A stretch of DNA of 64,000 bases from Gammaproteobacteria bacterium (GCA_965222615.1 CBDCUI010000008.1:64001-128000); one strand, 5' to 3'. Counted from the first letter of the stretch, positions 21,036 through 31,176 are shown. Numbers and translations are program-made. The notes: generated from the letters alone by a model not told the origin.

Positions 21036-21836
21036 TTACTCAATACAAAAAAATTCCTTTGCAGTTTGAGTGGTTTCTTCGGCGGTTTGTTCCATTGTGC
21101 TATTTCGACAACTTGCTACCGTTTTTAAAATATGAGGTAAGTATGCAGGCTCATTACGTCTTCCATGAGGCTTGGGGAAAGAAGGTTCTGCAGGTAGATT
21201 TCTGGGTAATAAATAAGGCGAATCGGTTTCAATCATTAAACGGTTTTTAGGAATATGCTGAATCAAAGTATGTAAGTGATGACCACGTCTTTCGTCACAG
21301 ATCCAGCCGGTGATGCCAATGTGGCAATCTAGTTCCAAGTAACAGTTCAATTCATTTTCAGCCCCGGTAAAACAATGTACGACTACTTTATTTAGTTTTT
21401 CACGATATTGTTGTAGTAAACTTACAAAGTCATGGTGCGCGTCACGTTCATGGCAAAAGATTGGCATGCCCAGTTCTACAGCAAGTTCCAACTGGGATTG
21501 AAATGCGTACCTTTGTTGTTGTGGTTCAGAATAATTTCGATTGTAGTCTAATCCTGCTTCTCCAATCGCTACCACATTTTCGTGTTTAGCTAATTTACGT
21601 AACTGTTCGGGAGTTTCTTCAGTAAATTCTTTAGCTAAATGAGGGTGTACGCCTACAGTCGAATGCATACCATTATATTGGGCTGAAAGTTTTAAGGCAT
21701 ATTCGCTGTCTTCGATATTTGAGCCAGTTAGGATAAAGCGAGTAACACCAGCATTATTTGCTCGCTCAATAACCTTAGTTTCGTCCTGGCGAAATGCGTT
21801 GCTGGTAAAATTAAAACCTATATCGACTAATTCCAT
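21036..21836 (-). CDS. tatD: TatD family nuclease
   Basis: GVHPH, IGEAGLDY, HERDAH, HCFTG and ETDSPYL. Confidence 0.9.
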   Translation of the reverse strand: MELVDIGFNFTSNAFRQDETKVIERANNAGVTRFILTGSNIEDSEYALKLSAQYNGMHSTVGVHPHLAKEFTEETPEQLRKLAKHENVVAIGEAGLDYNRNYSEPQQQRYAFQSQLELAVELGMPIFCHERDAHHDFVSLLQQYREKLNKVVVHCFTGAENELNCYLELDCHIGITGWICDERRGHHLHTLIQHIPKNRLMIETDSPYLLPRNLPAEPSFPKPHGRRNEPAYLPHILKTVASCRNSTMEQTAEETTQTAKEFFCIE

Positions 21837-21852
21837 TTTGAACCCAAAAAAC

Positions 21853-21987
21853 TAGGGGAGCTCTGATTTATTAATGAAATGACTGATATTAGGCAAAAAA
21901 TGTCTAGAAAGTGGAGTGTATATGTAAATACATGAGCATTTCGAGACATTTTTTAACAACATATCAGAATAAATCAGAGTTCCTCTA
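21853..21987. mobile_element. Family-A palindromic MITE-like element
   Basis: Terminal inverted repeats GGAGCTCTGATTTATT / AATAAATCAGAGTTCC, with TA at both ends. Confidence 0.75.
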
Positions 21988-22797
21988 AGCTAAAGTTTTG
22001 CAATGATTACAAGTACGATCTTCACTTTCTCGTAAACGTGTCTGACAACTCCTACATAGTTTTGCATAATTTGGTTTGAGTTCTTTATTAAGACTGATTC
22101 GATCATCAAAAACAAAACAATCACCGTGCCAATGTTGATCGTTATATTTATTTAGATAATTTAAGATTCCACCTTTCAACTGATACACTTGGTTAAAGCC
22201 TTGTTGCTGAATGAATGGAGCTGCCTTTTCACAACGGATTCCTCCAGTGCAGAAGGTGATGATGGGCTTATCTTTAGGAATTTGTTTAAGTTGGTTTTTA
22301 GCTTTTTGTAATTGTCTAAATTGTTTTAAACCTAAATGTTTTGCATTGTCAAAGCTGCCCAGTTCGTATTCAAAAGAGTTACGTGTATCTAGTAGAGTAA
22401 ATTTGTAGCCATCATCTAGCCATTGCTTTAGTTCGTCACTAGTAATATAAGATGGCTTGTTTATTGTATGAGCATTTATAGTAGGCGCATCGTCTTCACT
22501 AGTAGGAACTAATTCATCACGGATTTTGATAAGTAGGCGTTTAAAAGGAATTTCGTCTGAATAGGTTGTATTGATGAGCAAATTTGAGAATCTGCAGCTA
22601 GAGTGTAAAAAGTCCAATACAAATTCTATATCTCGTGGGCTTCCTGCCAAGCTTAAATTGATGCCCTCTTTGCTGATAAAAATAGAACCTTTTAAATGGG
22701 TTTGGCTGCATACACTTTGCAGTTGATTATGTATAAACTCCACATCAGCAATTTCAATAAACTGATAACCGGCAATATTAGTGACTTGCATTTGCAT
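21985..22797 (-). CDS. Rhodanese-domain protein, TrhO/YceA-like tRNA uridine(34) hydroxylase family
   Basis: EGIN, LDTRNSFE, FCTGGIRCEKA, LKGGILNY and CFVFDDR. Confidence 0.85.
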   Translation of the reverse strand: MQMQVTNIAGYQFIEIADVEFIHNQLQSVCSQTHLKGSIFISKEGINLSLAGSPRDIEFVLDFLHSSCRFSNLLINTTYSDEIPFKRLLIKIRDELVPTSEDDAPTINAHTINKPSYITSDELKQWLDDGYKFTLLDTRNSFEYELGSFDNAKHLGLKQFRQLQKAKNQLKQIPKDKPIITFCTGGIRCEKAAPFIQQQGFNQVYQLKGGILNYLNKYNDQHWHGDCFVFDDRISLNKELKPNYAKLCRSCQTRLRESEDRTCNHCKTLA

Positions 22798-22810
22798 ACG
22801 AATGAAAATT

Positions 22811-22944
22811 TAAGGAAGCTCTGATTTATTCTGATATGGCGTTAAAAAAGGTCTCGAAATGCTCATGTATTTATATATACACTCCGCTTTCTCGACATTT
22901 TTTGCCTAATCTCAGCCATTACATTAATAAATCAGAACTTCCTT
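22811..22944. mobile_element. Family-A palindromic MITE-like element (opposite orientation)
   Basis: Reverse-complement near-copy of 21853-21987. Confidence 0.75.
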
Positions 22945-22976
22945 GATAAAAATTATAATAGTATAGCGTAGCTATT

Positions 22977-25607
22977 ATGAAAGAAGGTCATCCTCAAGCA
23001 GTATATCTAAAAGACTATATTCCCCCACCTTTTCTGATCACTCAAGTAGAACTTGATTTTGTTCTAGGCGAGGAGGTCACTTTAGTGACATCTACGATTC
23101 AAGTCTGCAGAAATCCTGTCTCTAATGATCAAACCACTACTTTAGAATTAGATGGTGAAGAGTTGAAACTATGTTTGATCAAGTTAGATGGTATAGAAAT
23201 TACAGCAGCTCAATATGTGCAATCAGATGAGGCCTTGTTGATTCGTGATGTGCCGGACCGGTTTGCATTAACTATTCAAACCGAAATAACCCCGCAAACG
23301 AATACATCACTTGAAGGGCTGTATAAATCCAGTGGTAATTTTTGTACTCAGTGTGAGGCGCAAGGATTTCGCAAGATAACCTACTTTTTAGATCGCCCCG
23401 ATATAATGGCCAAATACAAGGTACGCATACAGGCAAACTCATTGCATTACCCTGTGTTGCTATCAAATGGCAATTTGAGAGAAGAAGGTAAATGTAGTGA
23501 TGGTGAGCATTACGCTATATGGGAAGATCCTTTCCCTAAACCCAGTTATTTATTTGCATTGGTGGCTGGAAATTTAGTCTGTCTTAAAGGGGTCCATCGC
23601 ACCAAATCTGGCAAGGATATCGAATTGCGTATTTATTCAGAATCTCATAATGCAGATAAATGTGAGCACGCTCTGCAATCCCTCAAAAAAGCAATGCAGT
23701 GGGATGAAGGGCGTTTTGGACTGGAATGCGATCTAGACATTTACATGATTGTGGCAGTGGATGATTTCAACATGGGGGCAATGGAAAATAAGGGTCTTAA
23801 TATTTTTAATTCGAGCTGTGTATTGGCACGACCTGATACCGCTACGGATGCAGACTATGAGAACATAGAAACGGTAGTTGCCCACGAGTATTTCCATAAT
23901 TGGACGGGAAATCGTGTGACTTGTAGAGATTGGTTTCAGCTCAGTCTAAAAGAAGGCTTAACCGTTTTTCGCGATCAAGAATTTACTGCAGAAGTAACTT
24001 CGCGTGCAGTAAAACGCATTCATGATGTAAGGTATTTGCGCAGTCATCAATTTGCTGAAGATGCCAGCCCTATGGCACATCCCGTGCGCCCGACATCCTA
24101 TGTGGAAATTAATAATTTCTACACACTCACGGTATATGAAAAAGGAGCTGAGATTGTACGTATGTACCAAACCATGTTTGGAAAAGATGGTTTTCGAGAA
24201 GGAATGGATTTGTACTTTAAGCGTCATGACGGTCAGGCAGTTACCACCGATGAGTTTACTGCAGCTATAGCCGATGCTAATCGAATAGATTTGTCACAAT
24301 TCAAACACTGGTATGAACAGGCAGGTACACCAACTGTTAAGGTAAAAGATCATTGGAATGCTGCTACGCACACTTATCAGCTCACCTTTACGCAATCCTG
24401 TCCGGCAACGCCTCAAGATGAAAGGGACCACAAACTACCATTTGTTATTCCTGTAAAAACTTCCTTGCTTGATGCTAATGGAGAAGTAATCGAATTACCT
24501 GAAGGGAAAAACAAAGTTTTGCTTATAAATAAAAAACAGCAAAGTTTTCACTTTGAAAATATTCAAGCAAAACCATTACCAGATTTATTGCAGGAATTTT
24601 CGGCACCGGTGAATTTGAAATACGATTATAGTGATGAAGATTTAGCATTCTTACTTAAATATTCACCAGACGCCTTTAATCGTTGGAATGCAGGCAACCG
24701 CTTAGCTGTAAATGTATTACTGGGCCAACTCAATAGTAAAAATAATTTATATATGGTTGATACGCTCAGGCAGGCTTTGATGTATGCTATCCAAGTCAAA
24801 GATTCTGATCAAAGCTTGTTAGCAGAATTGTTTACATTGCCAAGTGAAAAGGATTTAGAGGAATATTTAGAGTTAATAGAAGTGCAGCAATGTGTAGAAG
24901 TTTGTGAACAATTACAAAAAACCATAGCACAATCCCTTGAACAAGAGTTATTGCAAACCTATCGAGTTTGTTATCCTCAGTCTCATGATAAAACCGAATA
25001 TCGATACAAGACTGAAGAAGTAGCACGCAGAAGACTGCAAAACGTTTGCTTACAATTGCTTACTACTATTAATAAGGCTGAATACTTTAAACTTGCTTTA
25101 GACCAATTTAACCATGCTACAAATATGACTGAACAAGTTGGGGCAGTAAATGCTTTGCTGCATTCCGAAACCGACGCTAGAGAGCAGGTCCTACAGGCAT
25201 TTGAACAACAATGGCAACATGATAGTTTGGTAATGGATAAATGGTTTGCCTTTCATGCCCGCTCAAAAATTCCTAATGCATTAGAAAACGTTAAACAACT
25301 TATGCGATACTCAGTTTTTACACTAAAAAATCCCAATAAAGTTCGTGCACTAATAGGTGTGTTTGCTGGACAGAATGCTCTTGCATTTCATAATCCTAAT
25401 GGTAGTGGCTATGAGTTTGTGGCCGAACAAGTTCTTGAGTTAGATAGTATGAATCCACAAGTTGCTTCTCGCTTAGCACGAACATTGATGAACTGGAAAA
25501 AATATGCCGATCCCTATCAAAAATTAATGTATGAGCAGCTAGAACATATTGCTAAACATAAACACCTGTCTAAAGACGTGTATGAGATAGTGTCTAAAAG
25601 TTTATAA
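22977..25607 (+). CDS. pepN: Aminopeptidase N
   Basis: TQCEAQGFR, GAMENKGLN, HEYFHNWTGNRVT and NPNKVRAL. Confidence 0.96.
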   Translation: MKEGHPQAVYLKDYIPPPFLITQVELDFVLGEEVTLVTSTIQVCRNPVSNDQTTTLELDGEELKLCLIKLDGIEITAAQYVQSDEALLIRDVPDRFALTIQTEITPQTNTSLEGLYKSSGNFCTQCEAQGFRKITYFLDRPDIMAKYKVRIQANSLHYPVLLSNGNLREEGKCSDGEHYAIWEDPFPKPSYLFALVAGNLVCLKGVHRTKSGKDIELRIYSESHNADKCEHALQSLKKAMQWDEGRFGLECDLDIYMIVAVDDFNMGAMENKGLNIFNSSCVLARPDTATDADYENIETVVAHEYFHNWTGNRVTCRDWFQLSLKEGLTVFRDQEFTAEVTSRAVKRIHDVRYLRSHQFAEDASPMAHPVRPTSYVEINNFYTLTVYEKGAEIVRMYQTMFGKDGFREGMDLYFKRHDGQAVTTDEFTAAIADANRIDLSQFKHWYEQAGTPTVKVKDHWNAATHTYQLTFTQSCPATPQDERDHKLPFVIPVKTSLLDANGEVIELPEGKNKVLLINKKQQSFHFENIQAKPLPDLLQEFSAPVNLKYDYSDEDLAFLLKYSPDAFNRWNAGNRLAVNVLLGQLNSKNNLYMVDTLRQALMYAIQVKDSDQSLLAELFTLPSEKDLEEYLELIEVQQCVEVCEQLQKTIAQSLEQELLQTYRVCYPQSHDKTEYRYKTEEVARRRLQNVCLQLLTTINKAEYFKLALDQFNHATNMTEQVGAVNALLHSETDAREQVLQAFEQQWQHDSLVMDKWFAFHARSKIPNALENVKQLMRYSVFTLKNPNKVRALIGVFAGQNALAFHNPNGSGYEFVAEQVLELDSMNPQVASRLARTLMNWKKYADPYQKLMYEQLEHIAKHKHLSKDVYEIVSKSL

Positions 25608-25619
25608 CTTGTAGCTCGA

Positions 25620-27161
25620 TTGCAAGAAAAATTATACTTGAACGAAAAAACACATAAATCCCACTCATATCGCACACTTGATGCGCTAGAGCGTATAGGT
25701 AACCGACTACCCGATCCGACCGTATTATTTTTCATTGGACTATTAACTGTGATGGCGCTATCGCACATTGCGGTTATATTGGGTTGGTCAGTAGCAGACC
25801 CTAGTGATGTTGGTTCGCAAATTCGTGCAAAAAGCTTGTTAAACGCTGATGGAATATGGTGGCTATTAAGCCATTTGGTCGATAACTTTATCAACTTTCC
25901 GCCACTTGGAATTGTACTAGTCGGAATGTTGGGCATTGGAGTAGCGGATCGTAGTGGGTTTTTGCCTGCAGTTTTGTATATGGCAAGTATGCAGGTAAAA
26001 GGAATATGGCTCACACCAGCAATGATCTTTTTGGGCATTATGTCTTCAATAGCGTTAGATGCCGGTTATGTTGTACTACCACCGATTGCCGCGGTTTTGT
26101 TTGTGTTAGCTAAACGTTCGCCTATTGTAGGTATTGCGACGGCATTTGCTGGGGTTTCGGCAGGTTTTGGAGCAAATTTGTTGATAACAAGTCTAGATCC
26201 CTTACTCGCAGGCTTTACCCAAGCAGGAGCTCAAGTACTTGATGCAAATTATCAAGTCGTCATTACTTGTAATTGGTATTTCATGTTTGTATCAACAATT
26301 TTACTTACGGCAGTAGGATGGTTTGTAACCTCGCGTTATGTTGAGCCAAGATTTATTTCTAACCATGAGGTTTCAATACCTGAGCACATTACAAGTATTG
26401 ACATTGTCACAGCTAAAGAAAAAAAAGCGATTTTACATGCATTGTTGAGTTTCATATTCATAATCGGTTTGATATTAATTTTAGTTCTTATTCCGAACGC
26501 ACCTTTATTTGGTGATGTTGGGAAAATTCCTCGTTGGGCCGCGGCAGGTGTTCCTCTTTTGTTTATAATATTTTTAATGCCAGGAGTCGTTTACGGGATA
26601 AAAGCAGAAACGATTGAAAGCCATCGTGATATCGCACGCATGATGGGAGAGACAATTGCTTCTTTAGGCCCCTATATCGTACTGGCCTTCTTTGCTGCAC
26701 AATTTATCGAAGCATTTAAATTTTCAAACTTAGGTTTGATGTTAGCGATTGGTGGTGGTCAATGGTTAGCCGCTATAAATATCAGTGTTTATATATTAAT
26801 TGCTTTCTTTATCTTAATTGTGATGATGGGGAATATCTTTATTGGTTCCATGTCAGCTAAATATGCATTTTTTGCACCGGTATTTGTACCGATATTCATG
26901 CAACTTGGTATTAGTCCTGAACTCACGCAAGTGGCTTACCGTATTGGCGATTCTGTAACCAATGTAATTACACCCTTAAATCCCTATTTGGTCATTATTT
27001 TGGCCTTGCTAAAAGAGTATTTACCTAAATCAGGATTAGGTACATTAGTAAGCATTATGCTTCCGTATACCATTGCGTTTTCGATTACCTGGATATTATT
27101 CTTATTTATTTGGATGGGGGTTGGATTGCCACTAGGTCCGAATGGCCCGCTTTACTACTAG
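25620..27161 (+). CDS. AbgT family transporter
   Basis: ERIGNRLPDP, FPPLG and YRIGDS.TN.ITP. Confidence 0.9.
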   Translation: MQEKLYLNEKTHKSHSYRTLDALERIGNRLPDPTVLFFIGLLTVMALSHIAVILGWSVADPSDVGSQIRAKSLLNADGIWWLLSHLVDNFINFPPLGIVLVGMLGIGVADRSGFLPAVLYMASMQVKGIWLTPAMIFLGIMSSIALDAGYVVLPPIAAVLFVLAKRSPIVGIATAFAGVSAGFGANLLITSLDPLLAGFTQAGAQVLDANYQVVITCNWYFMFVSTILLTAVGWFVTSRYVEPRFISNHEVSIPEHITSIDIVTAKEKKAILHALLSFIFIIGLILILVLIPNAPLFGDVGKIPRWAAAGVPLLFIIFLMPGVVYGIKAETIESHRDIARMMGETIASLGPYIVLAFFAAQFIEAFKFSNLGLMLAIGGGQWLAAINISVYILIAFFILIVMMGNIFIGSMSAKYAFFAPVFVPIFMQLGISPELTQVAYRIGDSVTNVITPLNPYLVIILALLKEYLPKSGLGTLVSIMLPYTIAFSITWILFLFIWMGVGLPLGPNGPLYY

Positions 27162-27318
27162 AACCCACCTCAAAATGCATCTAGTCTGCTGATACAGCGT
27201 TGCAGAACGTTCTTAAATGCGGGGCGTTGATAAACGCAGACTCGTTTGTAAACTGCGCTTTTTCGAACGTTCTGCGCCTTGTCTGAGCAGATGATCTGCT
27301 ATTTTGAGATAGCTTCTA
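27159..27318. mobile_element. Family-B palindromic MITE-like element
   Basis: TIRs TAGAACCCACCTCAAAAT / ATTTTGAGATAGCTTCTA; similar to the copy at 45351-45512. Confidence 0.7.
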
Positions 27319-27464
27319 GGAAGTCCTGATTTATTCTGCCTTAATTAATTTTTTTGGTTGTTAAAAAATATCTCGAGATATGGGGCGATGAAATCGCAAA
27401 CTATGTGTAAACTCCGTTCTCTCGACATTTTTTGCCTAGCCTGGGAATAAATCAAAATTTCTTT
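27317..27464. mobile_element. Diverged family-A element abutting the family-B element
   Basis: GGAAGTCCTGATTTATT...GTAAACTCCGTTCTCTCGACATTTTTTGCCT...AATAAATCA. Confidence 0.65.
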
Positions 27465-27484
27465 AACTTTGTGCTGACGAGTAG

Positions 27485-27904
27485 ATGAAAAAAGAAAACA
27501 TTATTGCAGTTTTTGAAAGTGGTCCACTGCATATTACTGGAACACTTGAATTAAGAGACAATAATGGAAAATTGATTGAAAGTGGCGAAGAGCTATATTT
27601 ATGTCGCTGTGGGCACTCTAATAACAAACCTTATTGCGATGGGCAGCATAAAAAAATTAATTTTCAAGATAACGGCGAATTTAAAAAACCACCCGAATCA
27701 GAGAAAGGTATGCTAAACGAAGGCAAATTGGAAATTAAAGTTCAGAAAGATGGTCCATTACTTTTTCAAGGAGTAGCAAGTATACAGAATACGAAACAGC
27801 AGCATGTTTTGCGTAAAGTTGGAGCTTTGTGCCGATGTGGACAAAGTCACAATAGTCCATTTTGCGACGGCACCCATACTAAAATAGAATTTACAGCAGA
27901 GTAG
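27485..27904 (+). CDS. Tandem CDGSH iron-sulfur domain protein
   Basis: Two LCRCG.S...P[YF]CDG.H motifs. Confidence 0.9.
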   Translation: MKKENIIAVFESGPLHITGTLELRDNNGKLIESGEELYLCRCGHSNNKPYCDGQHKKINFQDNGEFKKPPESEKGMLNEGKLEIKVQKDGPLLFQGVASIQNTKQQHVLRKVGALCRCGQSHNSPFCDGTHTKIEFTAE

Positions 27905-27939
27905 TTTTATAAAGCAGATTCCGATGTAATAAATTTAAA

Positions 27940-28067
27940 GTGACTCTGATTTATTAGTGAATACGACTGAGACGAGGCAAAAAATGTCGAGAGAACGGAG
28001 TTTACATAATAGTAAATGAGTATCTTGAGACATTTTTTAACAAAGTATCAGAATAAATCAGAGTTAC
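27940..28067. mobile_element. Family-A palindromic MITE-like element
   Basis: TIRs GTGACTCTGATTTATT / AATAAATCAGAGTTAC; internal sequence matches the 21853 copy. Confidence 0.75.
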
Positions 28068-28073
28068 ATCGTT

Positions 28074-28589
28074 CTAAAAGTCGCTAGTGGATAAAAATAG
28101 TCCAACCCTTAGATCCTTAGTCTTATATATCTCCCTACCGTCTACGGACATAACCCCATCCGCAATACCCATGGTTGCGCCTCGTTTAACAACTCTTTTG
28201 ATGTCCAATTGATAGGTTACGATTTTAGCCGTGGGTAGCACTTGTCCAGTAAAACGTACTTCATTGACTCCTAAGGCTCTGCCTTTACCTAGGTTGCCTT
28301 GCCAGGCAATAAAAAAACCTAGCAACTGCCACATGGCATCTAAACCTAAGCAGCCCGGCATCACAGGATCACCCGGAAAGTGGCAGCCAAAAAACCATAA
28401 TTCCGGTTTTATATCTAACTCTGCCTTGACTTCGCCACGACCATAACTTCCTTTGTCATGTGTAATGCTAGTAATACGGTCTACCATTAACATATCAGGC
28501 ATGGGCAATTGTGCATTACCAGGCCCAAACATCTCGCCTCTACCACAGGCAAGCAATTCTTCATATGAAAAAGAGTTCTTTTGAGTCAC
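28074..28589 (-). CDS. fabA: 3-hydroxyacyl-ACP dehydratase/isomerase
   Basis: [21 protein letters not shown]. Confidence 0.96.
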   Translation of the reverse strand: MTQKNSFSYEELLACGRGEMFGPGNAQLPMPDMLMVDRITSITHDKGSYGRGEVKAELDIKPELWFFGCHFPGDPVMPGCLGLDAMWQLLGFFIAWQGNLGKGRALGVNEVRFTGQVLPTAKIVTYQLDIKRVVKRGATMGIADGVMSVDGREIYKTKDLRVGLFLSTSDF

Positions 28590-28715
28590 GTTTGATTAAC
28601 TTCTTTCTTTGTTTTTAAACTGCGTCCGTGTAAAGATAATGTAATGTTGTGAGGATGATTAATGTTACTCAAGTGTAGCAAAAGTTACTTGCTAATGGGA
28701 TTTTGATCGAAGTAA

Positions 28716-29699
28716 TTATGTAGTGAGACGAGTATTTTGTTTAATTCGATCTAGCAAAAGGGGTAGTTCACTCGTTGTTTGAATATAGTTGGCTTTTATT
28801 TCTTGCAAAATGTCAAAATAAGCCGCAGCACCATTCCCAGTGATTGCGATTTCGATATTTTCATTCAACTCATTACGTAGGCGACGTAGTTGATTAGCGA
28901 GTAATGGATCATCAGTCGGCCGAGTAATTCCTATCGCCACGAGCTGAGCATTGGTTTGTTCTTGTGTGTGAACTATTTCTTCGACTGCATTATTGATACC
29001 TAGAAAAATTACTTGCCAACCATATGCTTTAGCTGCCACCGCAATACGTAATGTGGCAAGGTCATGTACTTGCCCTGTGGGAGATGCGCATACAATTTTA
29101 TAGTCAACATCTACATAAGGCTCGCTCATTAATAAGCTAGAAAGATAACTGCGCAAAGTATGTAGCGCTAATGAGTAGTGAGCATCACGTAATACACCAC
29201 GACGGCACTCTTCTTTGATGTGTGCAATTAGCGGTCTTAATAGATCTTCTAATAAAAATAAAATACCAAGTGATTTAGTTGCGTCACTCAACGAACGATG
29301 TAAATCTCCATTGTGAAAACGCGCAATAGCATCAACACATTCATCAAAATATTCCATCACAGAACCGGTATTGGGTCGCTGTTGAGTATTTGCAACGGGG
29401 AGTTGTGTAACCGCTGCGGTTTCATCAGTATCTACCATCTTGCGTAGTTGTCTAATGGATAAACTTGCTATCTCACCAATTCTTCTGCCGACGGTAGTGG
29501 CACGCCGTAACAGGATTAATTTTTCGACATCATTGTCTGTATATAACCTGCGTCTATTTGCAGCGCGTAGCGGTGAGATGGCCTGGTAGCGACGTTCCCA
29601 TGCACGAATAACATCGGCACTAAGTCCCGTACGTCTAACCACTACTTGAATTGGATGTTGGGTACCGACTGCGCCTGTCTGTGTGTCTGCCACGTTCAT
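28716..29699 (-). CDS. MerR-HTH plus B12-binding-like regulator (CarH/LitR-like, divergent)
   Basis: RAWERRY...R..R.Y MerR HTH, a helical bundle, and a Rossmann domain with PTGQVHDLA and GWQVIFLG. Confidence 0.8.
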   Translation of the reverse strand: MNVADTQTGAVGTQHPIQVVVRRTGLSADVIRAWERRYQAISPLRAANRRRLYTDNDVEKLILLRRATTVGRRIGEIASLSIRQLRKMVDTDETAAVTQLPVANTQQRPNTGSVMEYFDECVDAIARFHNGDLHRSLSDATKSLGILFLLEDLLRPLIAHIKEECRRGVLRDAHYSLALHTLRSYLSSLLMSEPYVDVDYKIVCASPTGQVHDLATLRIAVAAKAYGWQVIFLGINNAVEEIVHTQEQTNAQLVAIGITRPTDDPLLANQLRRLRNELNENIEIAITGNGAAAYFDILQEIKANYIQTTSELPLLLDRIKQNTRLTT

Positions 29700-29888
29700 C
29701 TGTCCTAGATTTGTCTAAGTTTTTGTAGAAAAATTATCGATAAATTCTAGCATATCTGGGGTATTGTTACATTTATGTATAGGACATTAATAGGTCAAAA
29801 CTCATGTCCCATCTTCCTATATACGACCGAGAATGGTATATTTTTAAACATAATTATTTAGGTTGAATCGAAGTACTAGGAGATCAAG

Positions 29889-31031
29889 ATGAAGAAATTC
29901 ATAATCAACATCCGCTATTTTTTAGCGCCGTTATTAATCTTATGCGCGATGTTTGGGGTATTAGCGGGCGGGCCGTGGGTATGGACCGGCGTGGTATTGC
30001 TCGGGGTCGGGATCATCGTCGATACGTTAACGACCGCACAGACGCCGGGCGCGGGGGTCGATGACGAAGGCGACACCTACGGCGTAGTGCCGTTATTAAA
30101 CGGGACCATGTACGGGATGCTAGGCGTATTCATCTGCTTACAAGTGGCGTTGGCGTGGCGGATCTGGCAATACGTAAATGGCGTGCCGATCGGCACCACG
30201 GAGATTTTAGGGTTAACGGTGCAAGACGGGATCACCGGCACACAACTGGCCGGCGCGGTGTACTCGACCGGGATCTTTGCCGGTATCGGCATCATCTATG
30301 GGCACGAGCTGGCGCACACCAAAGGCTTTAGCTTCGTGATTTCACGCTGGATGATGGCCTTAAGTGGCAAGGCACACTTTTGCTATGCACATGTGTACAA
30401 CCACCATCTAGAGTTGGGGCATCAAGACGACCCGGCGACGGCCCCGCGCGGGCGCAGCATGTATGCGCACTACCCGATCTGTGGGTTAGGGCAAAGCAAA
30501 TTTCTATTCATGATGGAAAAGCAACGCCTGGAGCGCTTAGGCGCACCATTTTTAAGCTGGCAAAACCGCTGGATACGGGGGTACTTCATGGCGCTACCGA
30601 CGCTATTTTTGTTTTGGTTTGTTGGGGGATGGATCGGCATGCTGTGTTTAGCGGGGGTGTGGATCATCTCCAACTTCGAGCTGGAAGTGCTGAACTATTT
30701 AGAGCACTATGGGTTGATCCGCGAGAAAGGGCAACCGATCGACTATCGGCATAGCTGGGACAACAGCACAGCGTTTACCAGCTGGTTTTTCATCGAGATC
30801 GGCCGGCAAGCCGACCATCATGATCGCGGCGAGACGCATTTTTGGGAGCTGGATGAAGTGGGGGCGCCGAATTGTGGGCGCGGGTACTTCACCTTATTTG
30901 CCTTAGGCCTATTACCACCGGTATTTCACAGCTACATGAAGCAACAGCTGGCAAAGTGGGATGACGAGATGGCGAGTGAAGGCGAGTTAAAGATCGCAGC
31001 GAAGATGAATCAACAAGCAGGCTACGCATAG
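29889..31031 (+). CDS. Membrane diiron monooxygenase of the AlkB/XylM family
   Basis: His boxes HELAH, HVYNHH, NYLEHYG and variant RQADHH; DPATAPRG; XylM-like N- and C-termini. Confidence 0.85.
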   Translation: MKKFIINIRYFLAPLLILCAMFGVLAGGPWVWTGVVLLGVGIIVDTLTTAQTPGAGVDDEGDTYGVVPLLNGTMYGMLGVFICLQVALAWRIWQYVNGVPIGTTEILGLTVQDGITGTQLAGAVYSTGIFAGIGIIYGHELAHTKGFSFVISRWMMALSGKAHFCYAHVYNHHLELGHQDDPATAPRGRSMYAHYPICGLGQSKFLFMMEKQRLERLGAPFLSWQNRWIRGYFMALPTLFLFWFVGGWIGMLCLAGVWIISNFELEVLNYLEHYGLIREKGQPIDYRHSWDNSTAFTSWFFIEIGRQADHHDRGETHFWELDEVGAPNCGRGYFTLFALGLLPPVFHSYMKQQLAKWDDEMASEGELKIAAKMNQQAGYA

Positions 31032-31057
31032 CCCCCTAGCGAAGCCAACCCCCTACC

Positions 31058-31098
31058 GCCCTTATTCTCTGCAGATGCCGAGAATAGGGGCTTTTTTT
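31058..31098 (+). terminator. Rho-independent terminator
   Basis: GCCCTTATTCTC...GAGAATAGGGGC followed by T7. Confidence 0.8.
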
Positions 31099-31176
31099 GC
31101 CTAAAGTTTTTTATAACTTTAAATTACAAATGTTTAACTGAATGTAGATAAACAAATTTTTCAAAAAAGATTTCAC

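Noticed and set aside
21853-28067. Dispersed repeats as a CRISPR array or integron attC sites
   Set aside because: They are 130-160 bp, irregularly spaced and in mixed orientation. There are no cas or integrase genes and no consistent RYYYAAC/GTTRRRY ends.
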